A DNA stretch of 64,000 nt from Octopus vulgaris (GCA_951406725.2 OX597838.1:8308001-8372000); one strand, 5' to 3'. Numbered from the stretch's first letter, positions 42,922 to 63,779 are shown. Program-made: numbers and translations. The notes: generated from the sequence alone by a model not told the origin.

Positions 42922-43417
42922 CATACATACTTGTCAGGTCTTCTGAGGCCTGTTGCAGTGGGCGACGAAATATGACGTAAAATTATCAATATTTAAGTGA
43001 GGTTAACGGTTCTTTTAGTGTTTTTGACTGGCTAATATGTGTCTTCGGTGTTGTAATTAGATAATTCGTTATATCTACAGGTTATAGAAAAATAATAGAA
43101 ATTATCAGTAGAAAAATAATCGAAAAGCTATCGGGATTCCACTAGATGGAGTTTGTAGGAAAAGCAGAATAACATACCGTGTAAATAGCTTATATATACA
43201 TACATACATACATACATACAAACATATATATATATATATATGTGTGTGAGTGTGTGTGTGTGTGTGTATAATGTGAGCTTGCGGCAATATATTATGCGGG
43301 TGCATAGAGTGGTGGCTCTCAGTTATGTTCCAGGTTACGGCTAACCGCATCGACTAGTATTTAATGTCTTTGACTACTATTAGTTAAGTCTCATTGTTAT
43401 AACGTTGTAGTTATTGT

Positions 43418-43472
<55 letters not shown>

Positions 43473-43937
43473 CATACATGCATATATTCGTTGATTCAAC
43501 TGAAACCATATATGACAGGACTCAACACAAATCTAGATCATTCACTGATAGATTACACAATGTAACACATGTTTTGTTTATTTGTATTATTTGATGTTCA
43601 TATATGCATTTTTGTTACTAAATTCAAAAATCACATTCGTTTTGACGTAACATCGATAGTTATTTATTTATTCCTAATTTCATATTTGCTCGTTATATTT
43701 GTAACTTTTTTCTACAGCACTTTGTTGGTTCAATCTATTCTAGTATTGTAAGGATAATTGCACTACATTTAGTACTTTTTCATATATTGAAAGGTATGTA
43801 GGAAGTATAATATTAGTTAGAACAAAAAGAAACAATAAAACTCTGCGCTGTAAATGCCTTGATAACTCTTTTCTTAAGATGAGAAGTGCTTTGACGATCA
43901 ACTTTTCTTGAGTATACACCTTCATCTCTTGACTAGA

Positions 43938-44000
<63 letters not shown>

Positions 44001-44499
44001 GTGTATGTATGCATATATAAACTTAATTAGATTTAATAATTACATTAATAGAGTACGGCAATCAGAATACAAAATATGCAAAAGGAGTTCTGTAATAGTA
44101 TTTTCTTAACAGCTGTTCCGGGTAAAGTATGGCTTATGCCGTAATCACATTCACCACATAATAAACACGCATGATGTCGTAAGTGTATGACATAAGAAAA
44201 GTCCCTATGAATCCATTAAGCAAGGCTACGCCACCCTCATCGAAAGAATGTATGCTATACTTACTTCTTTTCTACAACACATGTGTGTGTGCTTGTGTAT
44301 TTAGTATGCTTGCATACATTAAGTATATGTGTATAAATATACACAAACATACCACTATAGACGCACACTCACACTTATATATATAGGTGTATGTATATTG
44401 TATATGTCTTTTTCTTCAAGCGATTGTAACCGAGATGCGTTTAACAATATTTCATCAACACTTTTTGGTTGGTATTAGCACTAGTAAGTCCTTAATTTA

Positions 44500-44573
<74 letters not shown>

Positions 44574-44590
44574 GTGCGTGTATATTTTTT

Positions 44591-44641
<51 letters not shown>

Positions 44642-44654
44642 GTATGTATGTATG

Positions 44655-44795
44655 TATCACGTGTGTACCGTTGGCGATTTTTTTCCTCCGTCTTCCCTTC
44701 TTTGGATCTTTCCTTTTCCTATGTTTCTGACGAAGAGTTCCGCTCGAAACGTTATACCCTCCTTCTTTCCTGAGCGTCCAATAATACTATTGGAT
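44655..44795 (+). mobile_element. Short HHR-bearing element upstream of (TA)n; minimal HHR at 44723-44757
   Basis: GTTT-CTGACGA-A-GAG TTCCG CTC-GAAA-CGT-T-ATAC; downstream TTCCTGAGCG..AATAATAC parallels the 26366 family. Confidence 0.7.
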
Positions 44796-44836
44796 TAACT
44801 ATATATATATATATATATATTATATAATTTAATATA

Positions 44837-44925
<89 letters not shown>

Positions 44926-45493
44926 TGTATGTGTATGTGTATTTTTCATATATAAATATTATACATATATGTGTGTGCATATATATCTATCTATCTATAT
45001 ATATATATATTTATATATACATATATATATGTGTGTGTGTGTTTGTATTATGTAAGTGTACGCATGTGTATATTTGTGTATGTACCCCTCGTATGTAGAT
45101 CCAAAAATATGCGTTATTACTCCAACTAAAAATCATGGCAGCCAATATACCTACAATTAGGTTTGCATATTCTTCACTGCTCGGTGCGCATGCACGAACG
45201 AGAGGGTGTGTACGAGAGAAGGGCTAATGCAGTGTGTAGAATTGTTTTTCTTTTGGAGGGTTTATACACACACACACACATATAAACGTTTATACATACA
45301 TATATATATATATTATGCACGAATACATATCAATAAAAGAGCTGGCCACCCATGAGACATATACCAACGCATGCGCAGAATATAAGTATAGCGTAGATGC
45401 ATGTGTGTGTGTATGTGTGTTTGTGTGTGTGTGTGTGTGTGTGTATATGCAGGTGTACTTTGAACTTATAATGTCCATGTGTGTGTGTGTGTG

Positions 45494-45526
<33 letters not shown>

Positions 45527-45769
45527 TTTCGCAAAGCACACACACACGCACACACAGATATACACACGTATACACACACACATACAGACGCGAGCGGAGA
45601 GAAACATGCACGCACGCGCACAGATGGAGGGAGAGAGAGACAGGGTATTAGCTGACGGATGTGCCGAAGAATTAACCAAAGTGGATCTTTATTGAATAGA
45701 AAACGGCAAAAATTCTCTGTCAATTCTAATAATCAGACAGACTTGCTTTGGAACTAAAGTAATATTGGT

Positions 45770-52110
<6,341 letters not shown>

Positions 52111-52376
52111 GTTTAAAGAATGAGAGTTAAGATAGAGTACGAGATTAAAGGTTAACTTAAAGTGAAAGCCGTGTGTGAGAGATGAGAGAAGAATTGAGAG
52201 AAAGTCTGTATAAAAAACATCTACGTAAGCTTCAAGTAGGCTGAGTAAATTATGGTTTTCAACGTGTGTCGCCTTATATGATTTATTTTTGCATTATTAC
52301 CTTAATTATATTAAGTCTCCAATGTACGACCTCGCGCTTTCCTCGCCAGACTCACGCCATACCCATAGCACACGAT

Positions 52377-52449
<73 letters not shown>

Positions 52450-52467
52450 TCACATGCACGCACTCAG

Positions 52468-52498
<31 letters not shown>

Positions 52499-53228
52499 GT
52501 CACACACTCGCATACGCATGCACACAGCCTCTCCTTCGCTTTCTCTCACTCTCACTCTCTCTCTCTCTCTCTCTGCTACCATTATCGAACTGTGCAAATT
52601 CTTCTGGCTAGGCAAGCAAAGCTGGTTGGTAATGGCAGAATAAAACGGTTAAGTTTGTATAAGTTGGTAATGGCGACGGATAACAAGAATGACTTCTCGC
52701 TAAAAATCTCGTTCTCACACGTTAAACGCCATTGAGGTCAGATCGTTCTTAGCCTATGATGTATTCACTTTCCATTAAACTAACACAGGTTGATGGACGC
52801 TCGCTGAAATTCACGTGGAACAGAATATAAAGATGTATGAAAAAGGCCAGACTTTCTGTTTAGAACCGAAGAGTTACAATCAATTGAATACGATGTAAAC
52901 AGCAAACACGACCACGTGACTCGTCACACATTTCACAATACACAGTTAAAATAATTACATTTACTTGCTAACTCGTCCGCTTCTACGAACAACCGATTCT
53001 TCTCCTCTCGACCTGAAAACCTCGTATCATCTCTTTGCTTTCTATCTAAAGTCACACTATACTAGCGTTTCTAATATTCGTTGAAAGTACCTTGTTTACC
53101 AAAGCCGAGAAAACGACGTACCCTCAAAGTTTGACGCTCGACCGATCACAGACAGCAGCCAAATCTCGCTCAAAATCTCCTCTACAGTCTAAAATGGATA
53201 TACAACACAATGCAGACGTGTGCATGAG

Positions 53229-53259
<31 letters not shown>

Positions 53260-53315
53260 TAGCAAAAACTGTCTGATGAACGGCAACGAGAAACTCAGAG
53301 TAACAGATTTTGTTG
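53260..53315 (+). ncRNA. Minimal type I hammerhead ribozyme in an ~85-bp element between (TA)n tracts
   Basis: 13-bp stem I TAGCAAAAACTGT/ACAGATTTTGTTG (1 mismatch, 2 GU); CTGATGA 53273-53279; stem II aCG-GCAA-CGa; GAAA 53290-53293; stem III ACTC-A-GAGT; GUA triplet, predicted cut after 53302. Confidence 0.75.
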
Positions 53316-53338
53316 AATTTTCTGCTGCTTAAAATAAA

Positions 53339-53386
<48 letters not shown>

Positions 53387-53688
53387 TTTTAATACTTTTG
53401 ATATATATAAAAAAAATAGATAAATAAATAAATAAATTAATTAATAAAATAATATATAAATATAAAAATATACATACATACATATATATATATTTGTATA
53501 TATATATATAAAATTTATAAGTTTAAATTATTTAAATAATATTTTATTTTTAACTTTTATATTTTTAAATTAATTTTATGTATTGGCTTATGTCTTTCAC
53601 TGTTTGATTTGCCTAATAGTGGATTTATCTCTAATTTAATATAATATATATACATATATAATAAAAATAATAATAATATTAGGGAGTA

Positions 53689-53743
<55 letters not shown>

Positions 53744-54360
53744 TATATTTATAGTAAATACAAATGAATGGCTCGTTCAAAACATCATTACAGGTTTCAA
53801 TAGCGATGTTTATTCCAAATACGTGTCTATTACGTAACTTATTAGATCACATTACGTAAATTCGTATTGTTACATAACCATTCCATTTCTTCAGGTAATG
53901 TTTTGCTAAATATTCGGGACCAGTGTACAGCTGTATAGACTGCTAAATTGCCCAATTGAATTACCTGGAATAACTTCTTTTTTTCTTTTTTCGGAGTAAT
54001 TTGTTTATGGATAAACACATTGAGCCAAGAACAAGAATATTATCGATAATGACTTCGAAGTTACAGCCAAAAAGCCATCGACGGACTGCGATGCATTGAA
54101 ATTAATCATGGCTTTATATAGCCTCTGTTGAGTTAAAGTCTTCCTTGGGTATGTGGGTCTGAGTGGAGGAGTAATCGGGTTGTGGGTGGGGTGGCATTAA
54201 TATATAACATTAATATATGTTACAGAGATGTACTTGCATAGCAAGTGACCTGATTTGAGATCGTGTGCTGGAACAAAAATAATTGCAGCGTGGAAGATGT
54301 TTATAAACCATTTAAAACACAAACAAACACCGTTAGATTCTCTTCAACATTTAAATTTCA

Positions 54361-54411
54361 TTTGCCAAAATATTTTCGCCGCTTTGAGACTGCGACCTTT
54401 TCACTGACAAA
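54361..54411 (-). ncRNA. Hammerhead-like fold with variant core, in a putative repeat (about 54220-54440)
   Basis: Minus strand TTTGTCA-GTGAAAA-G-GTCGC AGTCTCAAA GCGGC-GAAA-ATATT-T-TGGCAAA: stems I, II and III form, but the core is G3...A8. Confidence 0.55.
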
Positions 54412-54459
54412 ATTCTGTGCTGCATCTGAGAAAGTAACAGTTAGTTCATTATATGTTTG

Positions 54460-54493
<34 letters not shown>

Positions 54494-54835
54494 TGTATGC
54501 ATGCATATACTGAGGTATATACCACAGGCTACTCTTCCGGCCAAGGATATCTTGATTAAAAGAAAGTTTACATCGTCGCAAGGAGCTACATGTTAAAATA
54601 TGGCAGATTCTATCAGAATTCTCTCCTATTGTACTCTCTACATATTCTTATTGAATCTTCCATATTTTAACATGTACCTCCTTGCGAAAATGTAAACTTT
54701 CTTTTAATCAAGATATGCTTCGCCTGAAGAGTAGCCTGTGGTATATACCTCGCTTGCATATTTACCACTTCCGAGATTCCACTCGCTATGAAACATATAT
54801 AACCCAGATCTTATCTACTCCATTCCTTAACTCTC

Positions 54836-54870
<35 letters not shown>

Positions 54871-55144
54871 GGTATGTTACGTATAAAGGTTAAACGTTTC
54901 TCTGAAGGTTTAACAATACATCTTGATTACGTTATTTACATTATACGACCAATTATCGCCGTTTCTTAATGAAACGTTCGTAAGATCGCCGAACTAAATA
55001 CACTTGAAATCTCCTACATTTTTTCTTTTATATTACGCACACACGCATGCACACACACATACACACAGAGATAAATGTATGTGTGTATGATAGTTTGATA
55101 TTTATCCTTTAACGTGTGTGTGATATATACAAATATACTTGTAC

Positions 55145-55420
55145 TACTTCGCATAAGTGAAAGCAAGGTGTTGTAGTCGCTCGTCTTTGTCTGCTGTCTG
55201 TGTGTTTGCAAAATTACTGAAAAACGGCTGAACGGATTTTCACCAAAATTGACAGAAATACTCATTGATTGGGTGGCTCATACTCATAAAATTTTGGCTT
55301 GATTATCATCAAAACTGGCAGACTAGTGAATCAAAATGCATTTTCTTCTTTGTAGACATATGCATAAACGATAAGTAAAGGAAATAACTCTCGATGTCAT
55401 TTTGCTGAAATATGAATTCC
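55145..55420 (+). mobile_element. Helitron/Helentron-associated non-autonomous element fragment
   Basis: GTCTG-rich tract followed by AAAAACGGCTGAACGGATTTTCACCAAAATTG, a layout typical of DINE-1/HINE-like elements. Confidence 0.5.
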
Positions 55421-55594
55421 TTAGAGAATATATTTATTAAATTAAGTTTATTTTATCCTTCTATGTGTGCAGGATATGCATTGCTCTTCTGATACCACAT
55501 TTATTTCATTCGGGTCGCTGTAGCTCCGACAAACCAAGTTACACAAGGCACTGGTTGTCAAGGTGTACTCGGGATACAAGCACTGACACAAAGA

Positions 55595-55629
<35 letters not shown>

Positions 55630-55634
55630 ACGCA

Positions 55635-55689
<55 letters not shown>

Positions 55690-55691
<2 letters not shown>

Positions 55692-55981
55692 AGGCGCAAT
55701 AGCCCAGTGGTTAGGGCAGCGGACTCGCGGACGTAGGATCGCGGTTTCGATTCCTAGACCAGGCGTTGTGTGTGTTTATTCAGCGAAAACACCTTAAAGC
55801 TCCACGAGGCTCCGGCAGGGGGTGGTGTACTCTTTCACCACTCTTTCTTTCACTCTTTCCTCTGTTGGCCTGCTCGCTTAACCCGCGGGGTGGCATCATT
55901 CTAAGGCTAAAACAATGCGAACGCATTGTGACCAGCGATGTGTAACAACATCTGATAGCCTTGTCGGTCACAGTGATCATG

Positions 55982-55985
<4 letters not shown>
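55690..55985 (+). mobile_element. tRNA-derived SINE, family C, full length
   Basis: GGAGGCGCAATAGCCCAGTGGTTAGGGCAGCGGACTCGCGG...GGTTTCGATTCC; ends GTCACAGTGATCATGGTGA(TA)n. Confidence 0.88.
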
Positions 55986-56037
<52 letters not shown>

Positions 56038-56040
<3 letters not shown>

Positions 56041-56202
56041 GATGGGCTTCTTTCAGTTTCCATCTAACAAATCCACTGACAAGGCTTCTTCGGTCGAACC
56101 GACGCAATAGTAGGAGACACTTGCCTAAGGTGTCACGCAGTGGGACTGAACTCGGAACTGTGTGGTTGGGAAGCAAGCGCCATATCACACAACCACACCT
56201 GC
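56038..56202 (-). mobile_element. SINE family A, 5' half
   Basis: GGGCTTCTTTCAGTTTCC...CACGCAGTGGGACTGAAC. Confidence 0.8.
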
Positions 56203-56533
56203 TATACAGCATGTCTTATATTTAGATAAATCTATGGACATACATGATCACACATGCATTATTTACGTGTGAAAATATGAGTATAAACATGTCCATTACG
56301 TGACATGTTAACACAGACAAACGCACTCTACTCGGAGATGGTCAGCAGAGTTCTATAGAATCAGGAAGGAATAATACCATTTCTAAAATTACACAAATTG
56401 CATGCATGTGTGTTTAGACATACATCTTAATACATGTGTGTGTGTTCCTGTGTATATACATGTATAGAAAAATGAAAGAATATGTATATAATTCATTTAT
56501 GGATATATATACATAGTACACACACACAACATA

Positions 56534-56598
<65 letters not shown>

Positions 56599-56797
56599 AC
56601 ATGTGTGTATATATTTATATATATATACATATATAAACTTTTTGCGTTCTGACTATTGGATATTTGACTATTATATATATATATATATATATATGAACAT
56701 ATACATGTATGATTGTATGTATGTATATACAAGCACATATAGGCAGTCGAAGTGTCACATGCTTATATATATATATATATATACAGACACAGACACA

Positions 56798-56845
<48 letters not shown>

Positions 56846-57390
56846 TGCATATATAAATGTATGTATGTGTCTGTATATCTAGGCCTTTCTCGTTATTTGT
56901 CATTTATTAGATTTACGGAATAATGTTCTGTTACCGCTCGTCCTATACAACCACCCACTCCCCTCCGCCCCCAACTACCAATCATCCTTACCCAGCTTCA
57001 CCTCAAACCCCCTCCCTCTGCCGTCAGTTGTGATTTCCCAGTTGGAGTCATTGAAGCGCCCTTGTGACCAGATCAAAGGGACAGTAATTAGGGAGAGTTA
57101 AGTAAATCGTGTAATAATTCACAAGAACCGAAGGGAGATGTGTGAGTCTGTGCGCGTATGTGTGTGTGCGTGTGTGTATGTCAATGTGTTACTCTGTGTG
57201 TATGTGTTTCTCTGTGTGTGTGTGTGTGTGTGTGTAATGTTATGTCTACTTGGTAAATTAGGGAAGAGTATTTATCGTATGCACACACAAGCGCATTAAT
57301 GGGGGCTCGCTCACACAGGCTAACGTTCTGCCGCACACACGCTTACACGCTCACGTGTGTGGCCGTATATATTGTGTGCGTGTACATATG

Positions 57391-57435
<45 letters not shown>

Positions 57436-57491
57436 CATATATAATATATATTCTATATATCATATATATACGTGCATACATATACATATAT

Positions 57492-57547
<56 letters not shown>

Positions 57548-57611
57548 ACGCATATATATGTATCTCCTCATATACGTCTGTTTATACATACCTACATTCA
57601 TTCATACATAC

Positions 57612-57642
<31 letters not shown>

Positions 57643-58167
57643 GTATATTTATATATACATGTGTGTGTTATGCGCGCGCGCCCGTGTCTGTTTGTGTGTG
57701 TTGTACACTGATATAGATTACGGTTAGGAAAGCTTTCTGTTATCAGAAATATATTAAGCGGATATCTGTAGATAAGTACAGATTCAATGTGTGAAAATCT
57801 CCTTACCCACTCCTTACTCCCCACTTTCCACCCCCACATGTAAAAATTTTAAAAAGCCATAATTCGGTTACGTTTCTTGATTTCTTTGGTGACATGTTTC
57901 CCTCCCTGGTAGTTGTAGGAGAATGTCACAATGATGAGAGCTGATTTGCTTTACCAGGTAAAACAACACCTGACACTGTAATGACAAGATATTTGGTTCA
58001 AATTCTGGCACAAGGCATGTAAGTTTACGGGAAGCGGAGACTAGTCGATTATAGTAGTTTTCCCATTAAGACCTAGTTTGGTTGGGTAACATTGCAAGCA
58101 AGCAAGCATGATTCAATTTCACTTAAAATGTACTATAGTTATATATATATATATATATATATAACAA

Positions 58168-58614
58168 TTTAATAAATAAAATATATGCATACATACATAC
58201 ACATATGTACGTACCTACATCTATATGTATATATACATGCATATATATATATACAGGACACCACAAATAAACGTAGAACACAACGAGAAACGAAAACATA
58301 AAAAATAACTAGGAAACGGACTTTTTTAACAACGAAAAAACAGAGTACAAGACAAACAACACAAGGAATATTCCCCTTCATCAGCTGTCCCTAGTTCGAC
58401 TCAATGCGTGTTTCGAAGGTAAGGACAGAACACGATCCGGTCGAAGCAGTCCTTCCTGCAAAATGTATTTAAAAAATTCTTTTGCAGAGGGGTAAAAACA
58501 AAGAAAGAAAAAAAGTGACAAGAACAGGACGTAAAAGCAATACAAATAAAAATAAAGAATAAAAACAGGACACTGAAACCAACATTGAGGGCTTTCTTTA
58601 GGCCTAGACGATGG

Positions 58615-58617
<3 letters not shown>
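58168..58617 (-). mobile_element. (TA)n-flanked element with permuted hammerhead core motifs
   Basis: Minus strand CCTTC-GAAA-CACGCATTGAGTC...GGGACAG-CTGATGA-AGGGG; A-rich plus strand like the other TA-lodged elements. Confidence 0.4.
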
Positions 58618-58658
<41 letters not shown>

Positions 58659-59008
58659 GTGTCTCTATGTGTGTGCGGGCGTGTATGTGTGTGTGTGTGT
58701 GTGTGTGCGTCTGTATGTGTGCGTATGTGTGTATACATAGGTATGTATATATGAGCATATTACATGATTACAGAGCTAACATATTTGTAACAGCCCTCTT
58801 TCGAATGCTGTTCCCTTCGCCCAATTCATAAACTGAGTTGTACATCGTCATATACATTCATATGCGTCTTAATCCAAATATCTATCGATCTATTTATCTG
58901 TCTATCTGTCTTTCTATCTGTCTATCAAGCTAACTAGCTACCTATCTGTCTATTTATCTATGTGTCTGTCTATCTATCAGTCAATCAGTCAATCTATCAT
59001 CTTTCTAT

Positions 59009-59097
<89 letters not shown>

Positions 59098-59116
59098 TAC
59101 ATAGATACATAGATAC

Positions 59117-59191
<75 letters not shown>

Positions 59192-59682
59192 CATATATTT
59201 ATCTCTCTATCTTTGTATTTGTCTACTTATCAATGTATGTATAAAAGTTTCTGTGTCTATATTTATGCACGTATGAATGTATTTATGCGTGTATCTGTCT
59301 ACCTAGAGAAAGTGTGAGGGGCAGATAACTAGGTAGCTATCCCAGCCTCTCTCTCCCTCTGTATATATATATATATATATATATGCATGCATATATACGT
59401 ATACATATATACATACAGACACATGTTTATGCATATATACGTATATAAGAACGTATATATATATATATATATATAAGTATGTATGTATATATATGTATAT
59501 GTATATAATTATATCTACTTATATATACAGTTATATATGCATACATATGTATATCGTATATCTGTATTTTTTGTATATGTCCATATATATGCATATACAT
59601 ACACATTTATATATACATAATTATATATATATATACAAACATATATACTTATATGTTCGCGTGCGTGCGTGCGTGTGTGACT

Positions 59683-59759
<77 letters not shown>

Positions 59760-60126
59760 AATGAGCGCGTGTGTATTTCTGTCTGTGCATATTCTCCCGT
59801 GTGTTGTCCAGCGAGCCGTCTTCTCTATCTGAAGATTGCATGGCCGGAAGCCACTCCAGACATGTATATATATACGAAACTAAATAAGGAATCCATAAAA
59901 ACAAAACCTTGATGTTTCTTTGGGAATTCCTAATTGGTTAATTTCTGTGATTAAGACCGTTGAAGAATATCAATTCTTCAATATTTTTAGGCAATTTTCG
60001 AAGACTGGCTTTATATTTCTTGTGACTCTTACTCGTACCTATCGGAGCATCTTCGCTTTTGCACCGCTCGATGTATCTACGTAAATGTAAATGTGTGGGT
60101 GGGTGGGTGCGGGGCGATCTTGAGTC

Positions 60127-60165
<39 letters not shown>

Positions 60166-60262
60166 GTGTGTATGTGTGTGTGTTTCTTATCCATTTTTGC
60201 ATTTTTGCATCTGTGTGTGTGAAATGTTCATACGCATGTGTTTGTGAGTATATGCATTTTAC

Positions 60263-60293
<31 letters not shown>

Positions 60294-60333
60294 CTTGTAT
60301 ACATACACGATTACACGAGTACATACATACATG

Positions 60334-60370
<37 letters not shown>

Positions 60371-60457
60371 TGTGTGTGCGTGTATCTGTTTGTCACATGT
60401 TCACATGTTCTCATGTGAATATATGAATATATGTATATATATGCATAAATATATATG

Positions 60458-60510
<53 letters not shown>

Positions 60511-60555
60511 TATAGATATAGACATATAGATATAATGTGAGCGTGTGCAGGAGAG

Positions 60556-60688
<133 letters not shown>

Positions 60689-61104
60689 ATGATGCCAGCC
60701 AAATAGAATTGCTTACCAATAGTATGGTTTCTAAAATTCCACCTGAATATTCTTGGAATATTTCCAAAGTATGCTTCCCATATTGAATATTAATATATTC
60801 CAATCTCCTTTGCCCAACATCAGATACGCATCACATATGCAAGAGTATGAACGCATTTCTTCCTTTGATTTTTTTTTTCGTTTCCTCTCAATACTTGAGA
60901 TACAATCAACTACATCGACACCTCATCCCCCGAGTATATTACTGGTACTTTGCTAACATCTGATATAAATGTATTATCATACAAGACGGGGCTGATGATG
61001 TTGGCAAGTTAGGGGGAACGCAATACTGAGCCTGGCGGAGAGCAGGTGAAATTTTCAGAGGATGAACTCTCGTTAAAGAAAAGCTTCGACGCTGATACTG
61101 ATTC

Positions 61105-61336
61105 CTATTTCTTTACTACCCACAAAGGGCTAAACACAGAGGGGACAAACAAGGACAGACAAACGGATTAAGTCGATTACATCGACCCCAGTGCGTAACT
61201 GGTACTAAATTAATCGACCCCGAAAGGATGAAAGGCAAAGTCGACCTCGCCGGAATTTGAACTCAGAACGTAGTGGCAAACGAAATACCACTAAGCATTT
61301 CGCCCGGCGTGCTAACGATTCTGCCAGCTCACCGCC
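61105..61336 (-). mobile_element. SINE family B, full length
   Basis: TSD GCTGATACTGATTCCT at 61091-61106 and 61341-61356. Confidence 0.93.
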
Positions 61337-62069
61337 ACTTGCTGATACTGATTCCTGACACTCTAAAGGAGCAAGGCCTACCTTGGTCGTATCGCTTAAG
61401 TGTCTTCTAGTTGTTATTTAAATGCCACCTTTCGTAGGGATCGAACTCGAAAGACTGCCACATGAATTTGCACCGTTTCAAACAGGGTTTCCTTCTTCCC
61501 ACGTTTAGCGGTTTCTTGCTTTCCTTTTCAGTTCCATCGGTCATTTATTTTCGCCCTTAACCAGATTGGTATGCATACATACATACATACATACATACAT
61601 ACATACATACATACACACATACATACATACATACATACATACATACATACATACAAACATACATACATACATACATACATATATGCATGCATACATACAT
61701 ACATGCATACATACATACATACATACATGCATGCATACATACACACACACATACAAACATACACACCTGTGTGTGTGTGTGTGTGTGTGTTTGGATAGGC
61801 TTAGCTTAATGGTCCAGTGCACTCAGCCTGTATCTGAAAGGTACTGGGTTCGATTATTCGTAGCCGCCTGCCGGCAACTTTATCGCTTCTTACAAGGGTA
61901 AGTACTCAATGTTTCTCGGCAATACTACGTTCGAAATTTACTTTCTTCTTCTTCTTCAAATTCTTCTTCTTCTTCTTCTTCTTCTTCTTCTTCTTCTTCT
62001 TCTTCTTCTTCTTCTTCTTCCTTCTCTTTCTCTCTATCTCCCTGTCCCTCTCTCTTTATATATATATGT

Positions 62070-62238
62070 ATTAAGTCGATTACTACGACCCCAGTGCGTA
62101 ACTGGTACTAATCTAATTTACCCCGAAGAGATGAAAGGCAAAGTCGATCTCAACAGAATTTGAACTAACAACGTAAAGGTGGATGAAATACCGCTAAACA
62201 TTTCGCCTGGCGTGCTAACAATTCTGCCAGCTCCCCGC
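62070..62238 (-). mobile_element. SINE family B, partial
   Basis: GACCCCAGTGCGTAACTGGTAC...TTCTGCCAGCTCCCCGCC. Confidence 0.82.
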
Positions 62239-62274
62239 CCGATGCTAACGTATAATATTAATATTGAAAATGTA

Positions 62275-62740
62275 ACTTCCATCGACTTGCCCAGATCAAT
62301 GCAACCTTTCGTCACCATATGTCCCAATATTTCATAGAAGTTTTCATTTTCTCAACTTGACATTCTGTATTTTCCACAAGTTGATCAACATATGCTCTTC
62401 TTAGTCTGCCGAAAGCTGTATGTCGATACGTAGCTTTCCAGTGAAGGAGATCGCTGTATGCGCAACCCTTGCTTCTCCAGCAGTGTCATACATAACGTGT
62501 TCTTTCGCTAATTATTGATGTCATGGTGGAAACCTTGCCGTACACTCATTGTTTTGTAGAGTGTTGCCTAGAAAGATTGTGTGTCCATATGTGAATTTTG
62601 GAAGGAGGAGATCCCTAGAAGAAGATCGCTATATGCTGTACCCTTGCTTCTCCGGCAGTGTTATGCATAACGTGTTCTTTCTCTAAATATCGATGTCATG
62701 GTAGAAACACTGCCATACAGTCGCTGCTTTGTATGGAGTA
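62275..62740 (-). mobile_element. RTE-clade LINE 3' fragment with an internal ~118-bp duplication
   Basis: KQRLYG...RERTRYA*HCRRSK...SDLL(H)W...GRLRRAYVDQLVENTEC; direct repeat 62443-62560 vs 62618-62735. Confidence 0.7.
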
Positions 62741-62859
62741 TATTTTATGTATCTAATGCCGCAAGAAAGAGCTAAATCACTATAATCACCAATTCAACCA
62801 ACCACACAAATATACACGACATATAAAAGATTTTCTTCTATGACTTTTATTCTCTTTCC

Positions 62860-63287
62860 TTTAACATTACCCTGAATAATATATTACTTTGTGTAACATC
62901 TACTGACTCCTAAAACCGCCCTTAGTTCAACTCTATAAACTACCTTTTTTTAAAGTGGTCTAAAAAATAACATTGCATCAAAATTCTGTGATAATTTATG
63001 TTAGCACCAGCTTAAAAACAACGAAGTTGTTTTATTAAATTCTTCAGTATTTTCAAAATTGATTCAATTAAAACCAATGTATTTCTTCAGAAATTTGGTA
63101 ACAAAAGCGTTAAAGTGATACGAATTAAAACTTTCATTATAAATATCGTGTAAATTTATATTCCAAACACAAGCTTAATAATGACAAACTTATTGTACTA
63201 AATTCTTTATTACTTTCAAAATTAATTGCGAAAAAGAAGTTTTTTAGAAAATTAATGTATATCAAAAGAAGGTAACAAAAGGGTTAA
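62860..63287. mobile_element. TTAA-ending (piggyBac-like) non-autonomous element with a duplicated end
   Basis: Ends GGTAACAAAAGCG-TTAA (63097-63113) and GGTAACAAAAGGG-TTAA (63271-63287), each preceded by similar sequence (CAGC/AAGCTTAA..A(C/T)GA..TTATT..ACTAAATTCTT). Confidence 0.55.
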
Positions 63288-63561
63288 AATGATCACAATA
63301 TATATATACACACATATATAAACACACACATATATATGCGTACGTGTGTCTTTATATACACGTATATTAATATATATACGTAAACACACACACACACACA
63401 CACACACGTATGTGTGTGTGTGTGTGTGTGAAAAGCGCTCAGGATAAAAATTGCTGGTGATTTATCATCAAAGTTTGTGTTTTGCAGACGTAGATGGATA
63501 GGTATATATTCATAGTTAACACGGATAAACACCTACATACATACATACATACATACATACA

Positions 63562-63595
<34 letters not shown>

Positions 63596-63605
63596 CATAC
63601 ATACA

Positions 63606-63670
<65 letters not shown>

Positions 63671-63707
63671 TATACATATATACATATATATGCACACACA
63701 CACACGC

Positions 63708-63779
<72 letters not shown>

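Noticed and set aside
55690-55765. Possible tRNA genes (also at 18394, 27086, 61798)
   Set aside because: No complete cloverleaf; they are SINE heads or degenerate tRNA-like remnants.
58370-58388. miR-133-like TCCCCTTCATCAGCTGT
   Set aside because: Lacks the UUGGUCC seed and a hairpin; lies inside a TA-flanked element.
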